From the NCBI GenBank assembly GCA_951406725.2, contig OX597826.1:57970001-58034000 (forward strand): a stretch of DNA of 64,000 nucleotides. The letters run 5' to 3'. Shown here in pieces: positions 28,933 to 43,677 of this stretch. The stretch comes from Octopus vulgaris. Taxonomy: Eukaryota. The notes beneath the pieces are model-generated. The model was not told the origin of the DNA. It worked only from the letters and a program-made list of their open reading frames with translations, and made no database searches. The position numbers and the translations under genes are program-made. Positions within the stretch are counted from its first letter, which is position 1; each line of letters starts with the position of its first letter.

Positions 28933-29600
28933 CCTTTCTACTATAGGCACAAGGCCTGACATTTTGGGGGGAGGGAACCAGTCGATTACATCGACCCCAG
29001 TGCGTAACTGTTACTTAATTTATCGACCCCGAAAGGATGAAAGGTAAAAATCGACCAGGGTGGAATTTGAGCTAAGAACATAAAAAAAACAGACGAAATA
29101 CCGCCAAGCATTTTTTCCGGTGTGCTAACGTTTCTGCCTAGTACCTATTTTATCGATCTTGAAAGCTAAAAATAATAGTGATTTCAAATTCTGTTACGAG
29201 ACCAGAAATTTTGAGGGGAAGGGCACGAATATATCTACCCTAATACTTTACTAGTGCTTATCTTATCCACCCCGAAAGGACGAAAGGTAAAGTTGTCCTC
29301 GGCGGAATTTGAACACAGAGCATAATGTGTCGGAAGAAATACAGTTAAGCATTTTGTCACATGCGCTAACGATACTGCCAACTCGCAACTTTAACAAACA
29401 ATAGGCACAAGGGCTGAGATTTTTTGGAGGGAAGGGCAAGTGGATTATATCGACCCCAGTGCTCTACTGGTACTTTATTCTATCGACCACGAAAGAATGA
29501 AAGCAAAGTCGACCTCGGCGGAATTTGAACTCAGAACTGACGAATTATCGCTAAGAATTTTGTCCGGTGTGCTTAACGATTCTGCTAGCTCGTCATCACT
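28930..29600 (-). mobile_element. Cluster of three older family 2 SINEs in tandem
   Basis: Three successive inverse Meta-like domains near 29020, 29270 and 29480. Confidence 0.75.
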
Positions 29601-29639
29601 TCAAATAACAACAACGACAACAACAACAGCAACAATTTA

Positions 29640-30236
29640 TTTTTGCCCCAGGGAAGATGGATAATGAGACATTACAAGGACAAATTACAAAACGATAAGG
29701 GTTTTTACAGAGAAAATTATGCGGAAAACAACATTGTTGACACAAAATGGTCATCGACAGTTACCTGGGGCTAATCAGGGAACTTCATAGATATCAAATA
29801 ACTGTTACTGCTAAGGGTGAGTGCCCTCTACCCGCTGTGTCCTCCCATCTACAAGGAGATATTCAGAGCAAGTTCATTTGCTTGGGCCGTATAAGCCAAT
29901 TTTAATTTACCTTTCTGTACATATACTTAAAGAATAGCACCTTTCCCTCCGTTCTAAACTTTTTCCCTTCAAGTGATTATTTCAAGAAATTGATCATCAG
30001 GGACTATGCCGAAGAGGCAAGGGTGTATATGTCATCAGTCTTTCAATCACGACCATCACATTTCGCTTTCTCCATTACCATAGTTTTTTTTTCTGAGGGA
30101 TTTTTTTCCCGCCCCACCTCACTCTGTTTGGGACAGAAAAAAAAAAAACACCGCCAGCCCTTAGTGGCTAGGACTCGGTCGATAACTGTATCCATTTTAC
30201 ATGCAACAACAGCTGTTCAACGTAAACTCTACAGGT
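29640..30236 (-). mobile_element. Degraded non-LTR retrotransposon 3' fragment (Tx1/L1-like)
   Basis: Broken minus-strand frames (YVEQLLLHVKWIQLSTES; LMINFLK*SLEGKKFRTEGKVL) resemble Tx1-type ORF2 C-termini as I recall them; 3' end ...TTTGTCCTTGT...CCCTGGGGCAAAA resembles the Meta-SINE tail. Confidence 0.45.
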
Positions 30237-30298
30237 AATAATAACGCTTTTTAGTTACGGTAGAGTTTATATTTCCCCCACCTACACCATCACTGTCC

Positions 30299-30339
<41 letters not shown>

Positions 30340-30785
30340 AACCAATGCTAATTAATTTTCGCCAGAATCACAACTATGACAAAAGCTAATTCTTTCACTT
30401 ACCCCATTTTTATCTATTTATTTACACACCCATCCATCCATCCATCCATTCACTCGTGCTGCCATTTATACATATATCGATTTACCCCCATTTTAATCAA
30501 GAATCTATTACACCCATATTTCAACCTGTCAATCTGTATCACTTTATACACATACACACAAAGACACATCTCTCTATATAAATGTATGTGTTTATATATG
30601 TGTGTATATATATATAAATACTAGCCCACGTATTTCCACCCACAAGATGTATGTAGGTTTGTACGTATGTACTTACCTCATTTATATATCTCGTATATAT
30701 TTCCATCTTTATACATCTACCTGTATATTTCTCTCTCTGTTCCCTGCTATATATTCACCAAATCTTTCGTGATTATCAGCTGTCT

Positions 30786-31190
<405 letters not shown>

Positions 31191-31344
31191 GGTACGTACG
31201 TAGCATATCTTATATATCCCGCAAGTCATTCCATCCAGCCGTCCAGCCGTATCTATCTCTCCATCCATTCCACAAATCACATCTTTCTATCCATCCATCC
31301 ATCCATCGCTTCTAACCTCCCACACATAGCAATCTATCCATTGC

Positions 31345-31392
<48 letters not shown>

Positions 31393-31778
31393 CCCACGCT
31401 CCCCCCTACCCATCTAGCAGTTTTATGCATCCACCCAACCGCCTTTCCTCCCATATCCCCGAGGGACCCACCGAACGAACGAACGAACGAACATCTCACC
31501 TAAAACAACATTCGAAATGGCTGGGTTTTTTTAAGGAAAAACATTATTTACAATATATCAGTAGCTAATATCAGATAAGGGACTTGACGGAAAGAAAGAC
31601 ATACATACATAAAGAAAACTATCTTTAAAAAAATAGCAAAGGTTGGTAAGGAACGACATTAATGTGTATAAAAAGTGAAACAATGTGTATTCATGCAGCA
31701 ACTAAAATAAACAAACACACAGCTAAATAAAACGCCCCTCACACGCACATTCTTCCCAGACTTGCTATGTCTTGATAT

Positions 31779-32197
31779 TACTCTCTTTACTCTCTTTACT
31801 CTTTTACTTGTTTCAGTCATTTGACTGCAGCCATGCTGGAGCACCACCTTTTAGTCGAGCAAATCGACCCCGGGGCTTATTCTTTGTAAGCCCAGTACTT
31901 ATTCTATCGGTCTCTTTTGCCGAACCGCTAAGTGACAGGGACGTAAACACACCAGCATCGGTTGTCAAGCAATGCTAGGGGGGACAAACACAGACACACA
32001 AACACACACATACATATATATATATACATATATACGACAGGCTTCTTTCAGTTTCCGTCTACCAAATCCACTCACAAGGCATTGGTCGGCCCGGGGCTAT
32101 AGCAGAAGACACTTGCCCAAGATGCCACGCAGTGGGACTGAACCCGGAACCATGTGGTTGGTTAGCAAGCTACTTACCACACAGCCACTCCTGCGCC
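31779..32197 (-). mobile_element. SINE family 3 (tRNA head, CORE-like box, internal TA/TG microsatellite)
   Basis: GGAGTGGCTGTGTGG...GGGTTCAGTCCC head, CTTGGGCAAGT box, tail CCAGCATGGC...CAGTCAAATGACTGAAAC followed by short GTAAA(A)GA-type repeats. Confidence 0.9.
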
Positions 32198-32740
32198 TAT
32201 GGTTCATATTATTATATATAGTTGCCTTTGTAGTTGTAAGTTGCCTTTAGAGTAAGACTAACTTTGGTTTGTTTGGTAGCAGCAGTGCGTGTCTATTCAC
32301 TAGTTTCAAAATGGTTGGCCCAAACTTAACAGAATCAACGCTAGGCAAACCAAACCACACTAAGGAATACTTAAAGATGGGGATGTTAGTATCGTTGTAC
32401 GGTTTGGTTGGTTGTATAATATATTAAAAATCGATCGCTCTCTAAGAATGTGTGCATGTGTATGCGTGCATGTGTGTGTGTGTGTGAGTGAGAGAGAAAA
32501 AGAGGAAGAGAAAAAGATAAAGAAAGAGAGAGAGAAATGGATAAATAAACGCAGTAAGATTCATATATACATATGCAAGTTTATAAATATACACGCATAC
32601 ATACAAACATATATATATGGACATATGTAAATATACTCACGCATAGACATATCTATATATATCTATCCATTTATCTATCTCTAAATTTGTGTGTGTGTAC
32701 ATATATACATCTATATAAATATATACACACACAGCAATCA

Positions 32741-32813
<73 letters not shown>

Positions 32814-33120
32814 TGTATATTATGTATGTATATGTACACACACATACACACACCATGATTATCAACACATAGGTGTCGTCAGATGTGAGAGTGTCTAGGT
32901 GAAGGTAGGTAGTTTAGTGCATACAGTGTTGATCCTTTCGTGATGGTTTCGATTCCTGGCCGAGGTCTTACAACCCTGTATACAACAAGTAATTCAAAAC
33001 CTGAATATTATGGGACTTCAGTGTACGTAATATATACAATATATAAGCTTGTGCCCCAGCATAGCCGCAGCTCACGAGGTGAAACCAGTTAAAGAGATAT
33101 AAAATATTCATACAACGTAC

Positions 33121-33303
33121 ATGCATCATTGGCTGTGTGGTAAGAAGCTTGCTTTCCAATCACATGGTTTACGTTTCAGTCCTACTGCGGGGCACCTTGA
33201 GCAAGTGACTTCTACTATAAACTCTACTATAAAGATTTGTGAGTGTATTTAGTAGACGGAAACTGAAAGAAGCCCGTCGTGTATATAAATGCATACATAC
33301 ATT

Positions 33304-33375
<72 letters not shown>

Positions 33376-33560
33376 GTGTGTCTGTATTTCTCCCAATACC
33401 TTCCTTTGACAACCATAACTTAGCGGTTCGGCAAAAGTGACCGATAGAATAAGTACTAGGCTTACAAAGAATAAGTCCTGAGGTCGATTTGCTCGACTAA
33501 AGGCAGTACTCCAGCATGGTCACAGTCAAATGACTGAAATACGTAAAAGAATAAAAGAAT
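33121..33560 (+). mobile_element. SINE family 3
   Basis: Diverged full-length copy, inverted relative to 31779-32197. Confidence 0.8.
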
Positions 33561-33579
33561 ATGTGTAATCACTTTATAT

Positions 33580-34161
33580 AAGTATACACAATAAGATATA
33601 CATTTACATATATATAGGAACGTGTATATAATGTATGTATAAATATATCATATACAGATTATGTATATATATATATAATATTATATAGATACATACATAG
33701 AGATAGGTAGATATATACACACACACATACAAGTATATATATATATATATATATGCATAAATAAATGCATAGAAATGTAGGTATATATATCAAAATACTC
33801 CTAACCACATAAATGTAAGTGAAAATGTATGTAAATTACATATATACAGAGATAGATACAGATGTACATGCATGTATATATACGTATGTGTATATATATT
33901 TATAGATATGAATATCTATGCATCTATGTATATTTACGTGTATTTATGTATATATATATATATATTTACGTATATATGTGCTTGCAAAAATATATAGTAA
34001 TTTATATGGATATTTAAGTGTATGGTTCTATACACAAAACTATATGTAATATCTATCAATGTGTATATAGGTATGAGTATATATAAGAATCATATATATA
34101 TTTTTATATCCATATGTTTACTATATTGTAACATGTCAGATGTGTATACATATATGTAATA

Positions 34162-34194
<33 letters not shown>

Positions 34195-34433
34195 GTATGT
34201 GTGTGTGTGTGTGTGTGTATATGATACATATATGAAAAACATATGTAGTAATACGTAAACTATGGATTCAAACATACATATATGTAAAATACGTATACAC
34301 ATTCTTTGTATTTATATTACGTACTTAATATAATTATAAATAAATAAATATGTCTGTATATTCATTATATGTACGCGTTTATATTATAAATGCATTCATA
34401 TATTCATATATATATGAATATATATATACAGAT

Positions 34434-34467
<34 letters not shown>

Positions 34468-34502
34468 ATACAAATATATATATATACATATATACGTATA
34501 TG

Positions 34503-34536
<34 letters not shown>

Positions 34537-34712
34537 TACATAAAAATATATATATATATATATATATACATATATACATAAATATATATATATACATATA
34601 TACATAATATATATATATACATATATACATAAATATATATATATATACATATATACATAAATATATATATATACATATATACATAAATATATATATATAT
34701 ATACATATATAC

Positions 34713-34761
<49 letters not shown>

Positions 34762-35545
34762 AATACATATTTACACATATACATACATATATACATACAA
34801 ATATATATACATATATACATAAATATATATATATAGATATATACATAAATACATATACATATGTTCATAAATATATATATATGTACATATATATATAATT
34901 ATATACATATATATATATACATATATATATATACACATACATATATACAATATATATACACACATACATATATATAATATATATATGTATATACGCACAT
35001 ACATGTATGCTATGTATATACATTTATAAATATATATACACACACATATATACGTATATATATATGTATATCAAAGACGTATATATACATGTAAATAGTG
35101 TATATACATGTATATACAAAGTATACGTATATAAAACGTGTCTGGATTATACATACATCTAAATAGTATTAAGAATGTTCATGTATATATGCCACATGTG
35201 ATGTTTTTGACATGGTATACATGGTATACATGTAAACATATATGCTTTTGCACACACATAGACACACACTCACACACATACACAAATAAATGGGATATGC
35301 ATTTACACGATATGCCCGTAATATGAGTGTACATGTATGCATACTAACATATATATATATATATACATATATTTTATATGTGTATATATAGGTATACGTG
35401 TATATGTATGTATATATATGTATATACATATATTTTATGTGTATATATAGGTATTCGTGTATATGTATGTATATATACATATATATGTGTATGTATATAT
35501 ATACAAATATATATATGTATATATATATACAAATAGATATGTATG

Positions 35546-35583
<38 letters not shown>

Positions 35584-36187
35584 TGTATGTATATATGTAT
35601 ATATATATGTATATATATATATACAAATAGATATGTATGTATATACAAATAGATATGTATGTATATATATATATATATATGCATATATATATATATAATA
35701 TATGTATATATATATTATATATGCATATATATATAATATATGTATATATATAATATATGTATACACAAGCATATGTATATATGCACACACACACACACAC
35801 ATAATATCATTATGCTATGTTAAGCCTACGTGTATGTGTGTGTGTGTACGTGTGTTTACATGTGCGCGTGAGAGTGTATTCACCCTGCACGCTCATCTAT
35901 GTGAGTATTCCCGCGTGTGTGTGTGCGCGCGCACTGGTGTGGTACCGGTGCTGTTATAAAAGTCAACATTTAAATACTGTTTAATAGTTTCGGAACACAT
36001 GGTGCATGGAAGCGTGCGGTTTTCAGCAAACTAAGCACTCAGTATTACGTATGTTCCCATGTATGTATGCAACCGTATTTGTTCGCATTTACGTCTATGC
36101 GAACTGAAGACTTTATAATGCTGGATGTTATCAATGAGCATCCTAATGCATAACTATATACACAAATATATACACACATGTACTTTT

Positions 36188-36220
<33 letters not shown>

Positions 36221-36272
36221 CATTCACACATACATACCCATATTTAAATGTGTGCATATGTGTGTATAAAAC

Positions 36273-36312
<40 letters not shown>

Positions 36313-36452
36313 TGAGTATATATACTTATATAAATATACATATATTAATATATATACATATATAAATATGTATATATGAATATGTATACGTATATGGATA
36401 TACATATGTATATGTATATATATATATATATACGTATATGGATATACATATG

Positions 36453-36490
<38 letters not shown>

Positions 36491-37031
36491 AATACATGTA
36501 TATATGAATTTATGTATGTATACATACACATATGAATATATATATATATATATATATATGAATATATGTATATATATAGATATGTGTATATATATATGGG
36601 TATATGTATATATAGATATGTGTGCATATATATCTATAAGTATATGTATATATATGTATACATATATATATATGTGTATATCTATACATGTATATATGCA
36701 TATATATATATATATATATATACATATATAGTGTATATATATATATGTATATATATGTGCATATACATATATATATATGTTATATATATATGTGTATATA
36801 TATATATATATATTTGTATATGTATATATATACATATATATTCATAGATATTTATATGCATACATATATATGTATATACATACAAATACATACATATATA
36901 TATATATATATCCATACATATATATAAATACATACATACATACACATACATACACACATACACACATACATATATATATATATATATACATACATATACT
37001 TACATACATACATATACATACGTACATATAC

Positions 37032-37062
<31 letters not shown>

Positions 37063-37390
37063 TGTATGTATGTATGTATGGACAGCTGCTCCCATGATAG
37101 AAATGCACATTGCTCAAAAGCGCCCTAGTCGTGGACCTCGTGGTACTGTATTGTTCAGAACTACAGTGACCAATGTTTACTTCGCTCCTAAGACATAATT
37201 TAAAGGAATTTGTTTGCTATTTCTAGCAATTCGTAAGACAATTTTGAGGCTTTCATTCTAGCTCGTGCGACTGTTGACTGTATATGTACGTTTATACACA
37301 CACACATACATACACATATATATGTACATAAATACACACACACACATACACATGTACATATATATATATACATAGACACACGCATATACC

Positions 37391-37485
<95 letters not shown>
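33580..37485. repeat. Multi-kb degenerate TA/CA/TATG microsatellite field ending in (GATA)n
   Basis: Directly visible; source of many spurious IY-rich ORFs. Confidence 0.9.
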
Positions 37486-38414
37486 GCGTATATAATATTG
37501 TATATATTTTACTCTCTCATTCACTGAGATATGTACACGGTCAGCAAATATATATGAAATGATATCGTCTGTTAGTGATAATACATCGTTTCTTGTTTAT
37601 CACTAATGGCGTATGTATGTGTGCATATGCGTATTCTTGTTAAGCGCTAGGAAAGATCTGATTGGACAGGTGTATAATTTATCATCGTCAGGTCTTTTAT
37701 CTCTTTATGGCACCAATGACCTGTAAGTGTCTTTCCATTTTTCGTAAGGTAGGGTGCGATGTGAGAGGCATCTGACTGCTATTTCCAGCAAGGCTAGCTA
37801 CAGCGCACAATTTTTTTTTTGTTCGTTAGAAAAATCTGTGCTTGATATAATACAGTTAAGCATGCAAGTTTTTGATGCTACAAGGCATGAAAGTATATTT
37901 GTGACCACCACCAAAGAAAATTGTTAGATCATAAATACTGACATACGCACAAGTTATAGGTATGTGTGAAAGCGTGCATGTGTGTGTTGGGGTATTTTAA
38001 AGACGGTAAGGACGATTTGAGGGTGATATGGCACCTATTTCCTGTAGGTTGAACGGCGATTTGCAGGATCTCCTGTTCGACCGTATACGTTGTTTTGTTA
38101 ATAGATAGAAGTCAGATCATTAGTTCAATGGATTCGATATGACCCAGAGGTCACTAATGAATGGTCACTCAGGGCGACACGACCAGACAGTCTGAAGATG
38201 GTGAAAAGTGTGTGAGGTGACACAGAGATGCAAGTTTTTCTACATCTTTCTCTCTCTCTCACTGTCATACACTCATACACACGGGCACACCACTCGTGTG
38301 TATAGGTGTGTACGTGTATGTACGTGTTCGTAAGTGTACATATACGCATGTACACATAAGATCATTACAGACGTAAAAATCTCTCTCTCTCTCTCTGTAC
38401 GTTCATGTTTGAAG

Positions 38415-38467
<53 letters not shown>

Positions 38468-38666
38468 GAAGGTTTGAAAATGCAATTTTAAAAGATGTTT
38501 ACCTTTTAAAATTGCATTTTCAAACCTTCTTTCATTCATATATAATTCCACTCGTGCAGTACCTTACAACTTCACTTTGTTATTTTTATATATAAAATCC
38601 TTAACATCCTTAAAAATGTTTCAGCCCGAAGGCCGCGGCCATGCTGGGGCACCACACACACATATA

Positions 38667-38709
<43 letters not shown>

Positions 38710-38723
38710 AACAAAGTTATTTT

Positions 38724-38783
<60 letters not shown>

Positions 38784-39623
38784 GTATAATAATATATATA
38801 CATAGTTGCATATGTGTGTGTATATAGATACATGCATACATAAATACATAAATGATATGATCGTGTGAATACTTGCATATATACGTTATCACATCATGAA
38901 ATTATACGATATATATAAAGTATGACTCTATCTCTCTCTATATATATACATAATATATATAGACATTATATACATGCATACGTACATATAAGTGTGTGTG
39001 TGTACATGTGTTCACACGTATATATTTACAGCTAGGTTTACTCACATGTACATACACACTTATGTGTAAGATGTGTAATATGTACACAATTCTGTACAAT
39101 AAGATAAATATATACACATAACTTGACCATTTATGCGTATATGTACATTGAGATATTTATATATCTATATTTATTGACGACCATAGACACATTTACGAAC
39201 AGCTATTCGAATACAATTATATATACCCTTTTATACACGCACACATAAAGTCCATGTGTACCCACGTACACTATATTATATATGTGCGTATGTATATTCA
39301 CTAAAATTTTCCCGCATATATATCTACTAAGTTGCGTAGAAACACAAACATACACACACACACACACACTTTGTTTACAGATAATACAAACATACATGTG
39401 TATGTGTGCGTGTATATATATATATATAAAACATAACACACATGCACGTATTTATGATGGCTATTACGTACATACATACGTGGGTGCGTGTATACATATA
39501 TACATGTGTGTGCGTGCGTACTATATATGTATAACACATGTACACACACACACAAACACATATATTCACGTATTCTTACAGAGGCATATAGAGAAGTATA
39601 TATAAATGCATAGACATTTATTT

Positions 39624-39674
<51 letters not shown>

Positions 39675-39711
39675 TGTATACATGTATGTATAAATTATAT
39701 GTATGTATACG

Positions 39712-39750
<39 letters not shown>

Positions 39751-39847
39751 ATATATACATATGTATATATGTATACTTAGATATATAAATATCTATGTAT
39801 ACATATATACATATTTAGGTGTATATATAGGTATTTATATGTATGTG

Positions 39848-39900
<53 letters not shown>

Positions 39901-40594
39901 GCAGGGGTAGCTGTGCAGTGAAGAAGCTTGCTTCTGAGCCATTTGGTCAAGTGTTCGGTCCCCTTTGTGTGACATTTTGTGCAAGTGTCTTTTAGTGTAG
40001 TCTCAGTTCGACAAAAACCTTCAAATGTAAAACCGAAAGAAGCACATTGTGTGTGTATGTATGTGTGTCTCTGTGTGTGTGTGTGCGAATGTATGTGTAT
40101 GTGTTGTATATGTTCCTCATCACCGTTCTAATTAATATACACCCTTGTAATATAGAAGTTCGACACAGAAAGTGATAGAATAAGTACCAAACTTTTATGG
40201 GGGTCGATTTGTTCGACTATACTCTTCAAGGCGGTTCCCCAGGATGGCCGCAATGAAAATTGGCTGATACAAACATGTAGAACATATAAGATGTATACGT
40301 GCATGCGTTTTTTTTTTTTTGTGTATATTTCATAAGTTTTTTTTATTTATATTTTTTCTTCCTTTTCTCTGGCAGGAACACGTAATTCTGTCAAATCGAT
40401 AATGAAAATAAGAAGAAGGAGAATTTTGAGACATGATTTACAATTAAATTTACTCTAAAGAGGGATTTCTCTGTATCTTCCGCTGAAGACAACACAACAC
40501 GGTTTTAATCTGCGTGTGATACTGCTAGGAACACGAATTCATGTCTAGGGAACATATGTGCCATAAAATATGTCTTTACTACGTAACGTAAAAG

Positions 40595-40916
40595 ACTCGT
40601 GGCTTAGCGGTGAGACTCTTGATCTTAACGTCGTGAGTTCGGTTCACGGCGGCGCGTTGTAGTTTTCAGTAAGACACTTTTTTTTCACGTGTGTCCAGTC
40701 CACTCCACTCAGCTGGCAAACATAAGTAGTACCTATATTTCGAAGGGTCAGTCTTATAATAATATTCTGCGTCACGCTGAATCTCTCTCAGAAACTACGT
40801 CACGGTTACGTGTATCTGGAGTGCTCAGCTACTTACACGTTGAATTTCCCGAACAGGCTGTTCCGTTGATCGGATCAACTGAATGAAACACTCGTCGTCA
40901 TAACCGACGGAGTGCC
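40595..40916 (+). mobile_element. Older SINE with tail A
   Basis: Degenerate tRNA head plus GGAGTGCTCAGCTACTTACACGTT...CCGACGGAGTGC tail. Confidence 0.7.
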
Positions 40917-41135
40917 AATATACATACAAAGCCTGCATCTATTTGCACGTGGTTTTTCGTGTTAGCTATCTTTGTATCTAAGCATATTATCGCTCTAAAC
41001 CTGAATTTAATTTCTTATAGTTGTGAAATATGTGAGAGTTAACATATATATTTGTATCTGAACATAAAAATCACGATACGCTAGTATACACACACACACA
41101 TATATATATATATATATGTATCTATTTGTATATAT

Positions 41136-41187
<52 letters not shown>

Positions 41188-41203
41188 CTATTTGTAACTA
41201 TTT

Positions 41204-41247
<44 letters not shown>

Positions 41248-41399
41248 TTGTAATTATTTCTCTCTCTATCTATATATATATTTGTAACTATTTGTATATA
41301 TATATATATATATACATCTATTTGTATATGCATATATATATATTATATATATATGTATGTATTTGTGTGTGTGTATGTATTTATATATTCATATATATG

Positions 41400-41439
<40 letters not shown>

Positions 41440-41937
41440 TGAATAGATATACATACATTCATAAATACATAAATACGCACACATACATACATAGATCTAT
41501 AAGTATCTCTACGTACACGTACACACACACACACACACACACTAACACACAACGAAGAAAGTCGCTTGCTTCAAGAAGCATTTACAAATTCATTGGGCTC
41601 GCGATTATGATGTATACATAATTTTGTGAAGCTCTTTACAAAAATGTATATACTTGTACATGGTGAGTCTTTCAACTAACGTGCTGTTTAAGCTATGTTC
41701 CTTACAAGTCTTGCATATTTATCCTATTTTAAAATACTTCGCAACTGGTTTCACAAACAAAGAAGTTAGTACATATATGTAGAAAAATATTTATATACAC
41801 ATAATAGCCAAATAACTCTACTGGACCAAAACGTCGAAGGTAAGTTGTCAAGGCCCAGTACGTTTGTGTTTGTGTGGTGTAGACGTGTACATCTGCATAC
41901 ATACATGCATACATACATACATACATACATACATACA

Positions 41938-41969
<32 letters not shown>

Positions 41970-42033
41970 CAGGCATAAATACATATAACAAATACACGCA
42001 CACACGCATATATATGTATATATATATATATAT

Positions 42034-42125
42034 CCTGCTCGCTTAGCCAGCGGGGTGGCGTCATTCGAAGGCTAAAACAATGCGAACGCATTGTGACCAG
42101 CGATGTGTAACAACATCTGGTCGGT

Positions 42126-42133
<8 letters not shown>
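42034..42133 (+). mobile_element. Family 1 SINE tail B fragment
   Basis: Matches 8152-8265; lies between TA runs. Confidence 0.8.
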
Positions 42134-42180
<47 letters not shown>

Positions 42181-42182
<2 letters not shown>

Positions 42183-42347
42183 TGCAGGCATCATGGCTGT
42201 ATGGTAAGAAGCTCGCTTCCCACCCACATGGTTCTGGGTTCAGTCCCACTGCGTGGCACCATGGGCAAGCGTCTTCTACTATAGCTTCGGGTCGATCAAA
42301 CCCTTGTGAGTGGATTTGGTAGGCGGAAACTGGAAGAAGCCTGTCGT
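42181..42347 (+). mobile_element. SINE family 3, 5' half
   Basis: Head and CORE-like box, ending at the internal microsatellite. Confidence 0.8.
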
Positions 42348-43097
42348 ATGTATATATTTGTGTGTGTATGTATGTATGCATGTGTGTGTTTATAGGTATG
42401 TTTGTATGTATGTATGTATGTAAGGGTACGTTGCTTTAGAAATAGGGATTTTTTTTCATTCGAATCCCAGAGGATATCTCCGTTGCTAATCTGTTTCCAC
42501 TCTTCACAAAACCACTTATAAACAAGCAGGTGACTCGGAGTACCGTCAGAATGGGGCTTCAGTTTCAAATAATTGACTAGCTACGTATATATATCAGGCT
42601 AGATTATACATTAGTATTTCAAGATGCAATACCATTTTGATGATATTTTGAAAATGGTCTTGTGGCGTTCATACGTTCTCCTTCATCGAACAATCCGTCA
42701 CACATGAACGTTTTTCAAAAAGCTCATACTAAGAATCGAAACTAGCACGTGGATTCGCTTTCAATAAACAATATCGATTTTTATAGATAGAGGCACAAGG
42801 CCATCTAAACTGTAAATGGAAGCGAAAAATTGGATAGCGTATGGAAATCATCGGTTTTCCCCCACCAAATTTCCACTTTGCGACGTGAAATCCTGCTGTA
42901 AATCTACTGCGATGGATTTTCAGAGTGGTTAGTGCGTCGAACAAAACGACTCGTGGTATTTGTTTTACGGTCTTTTAAGTTTCCAGTTCAAATTCTTCAG
43001 AAATGAAGTTTGCTTTTCATCGTTCCGGTGTCGGTAAAATAAAGTATTCGTCAAGCATTTGTGTAGGTTCAATACTACCTTAATCCATCAATTACCC

Positions 43098-43328
43098 ATT
43101 TCTTTATTACCCACAAGGGGCTAAACATAGAGGGGACAAAAAAAGACAGGCATAGGTATTAAGTCGATTACATCGACCCACCCCAGTGTGTAACTGGTAC
43201 TTAATTTATCAACTCCGAAAGGATGAAAGGCAAAGTCGACCTCGGCGGAATTTGAACTCAGAACGTAACGGCAGACGAAATACGGCTACGCATTTCGCCC
43301 AGCGTGCTAACGTTTCGGCCAGCTCGCC
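43098..43328 (-). mobile_element. SINE family 2 (MetaSINE-like)
   Basis: Full-length inverse copy; CAATTACC flanks both sides. Confidence 0.85.
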
Positions 43329-43476
43329 AATTACCGCTAGGTTCGACTTTGCCTTTCATCTTTCATCGATAAAATAAGTACCAGTTGAGCACTGGAGTCG
43401 ATGTCATTCTATTAACCCCACTCCCACAGAACTTGCTGACCTTGTGCCAAAATTTGAAACCAATATTACTCTAAAG

Positions 43477-43677
43477 CAGTGCTTTTCAAACTTTTTGCGG
43501 GAGCGGAACCCCAAGAAAACATTCCACTGGCTCGAGGAACCCCTGTGCAATAATTTAATAGTCTTATGCACACATATCTGCACAGGAGACTTAAAAATTA
43601 CTGCCGATTTTAGCAGTTTTGTAACTTCTTGCGGAACCCCTGGACTGTACTGGCAGAACCCTGGTTGAAAACTACTG
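43477..43677. mobile_element. hAT (Charlie-like) MITE, 201 bp
   Basis: CAGTGCTTTTCAA...TTGAAAACTACTG termini; perfect 8-bp TSD CTCTAAAG at 43469-43476 and 43678-43685. Confidence 0.9.

Noticed and set aside
31556-31580. Resemblance to a U2 snRNA segment (TATCAGT..TAATATC.GATA)
   Set aside because: About 20 nt with gaps; no other U2 sequence around it.
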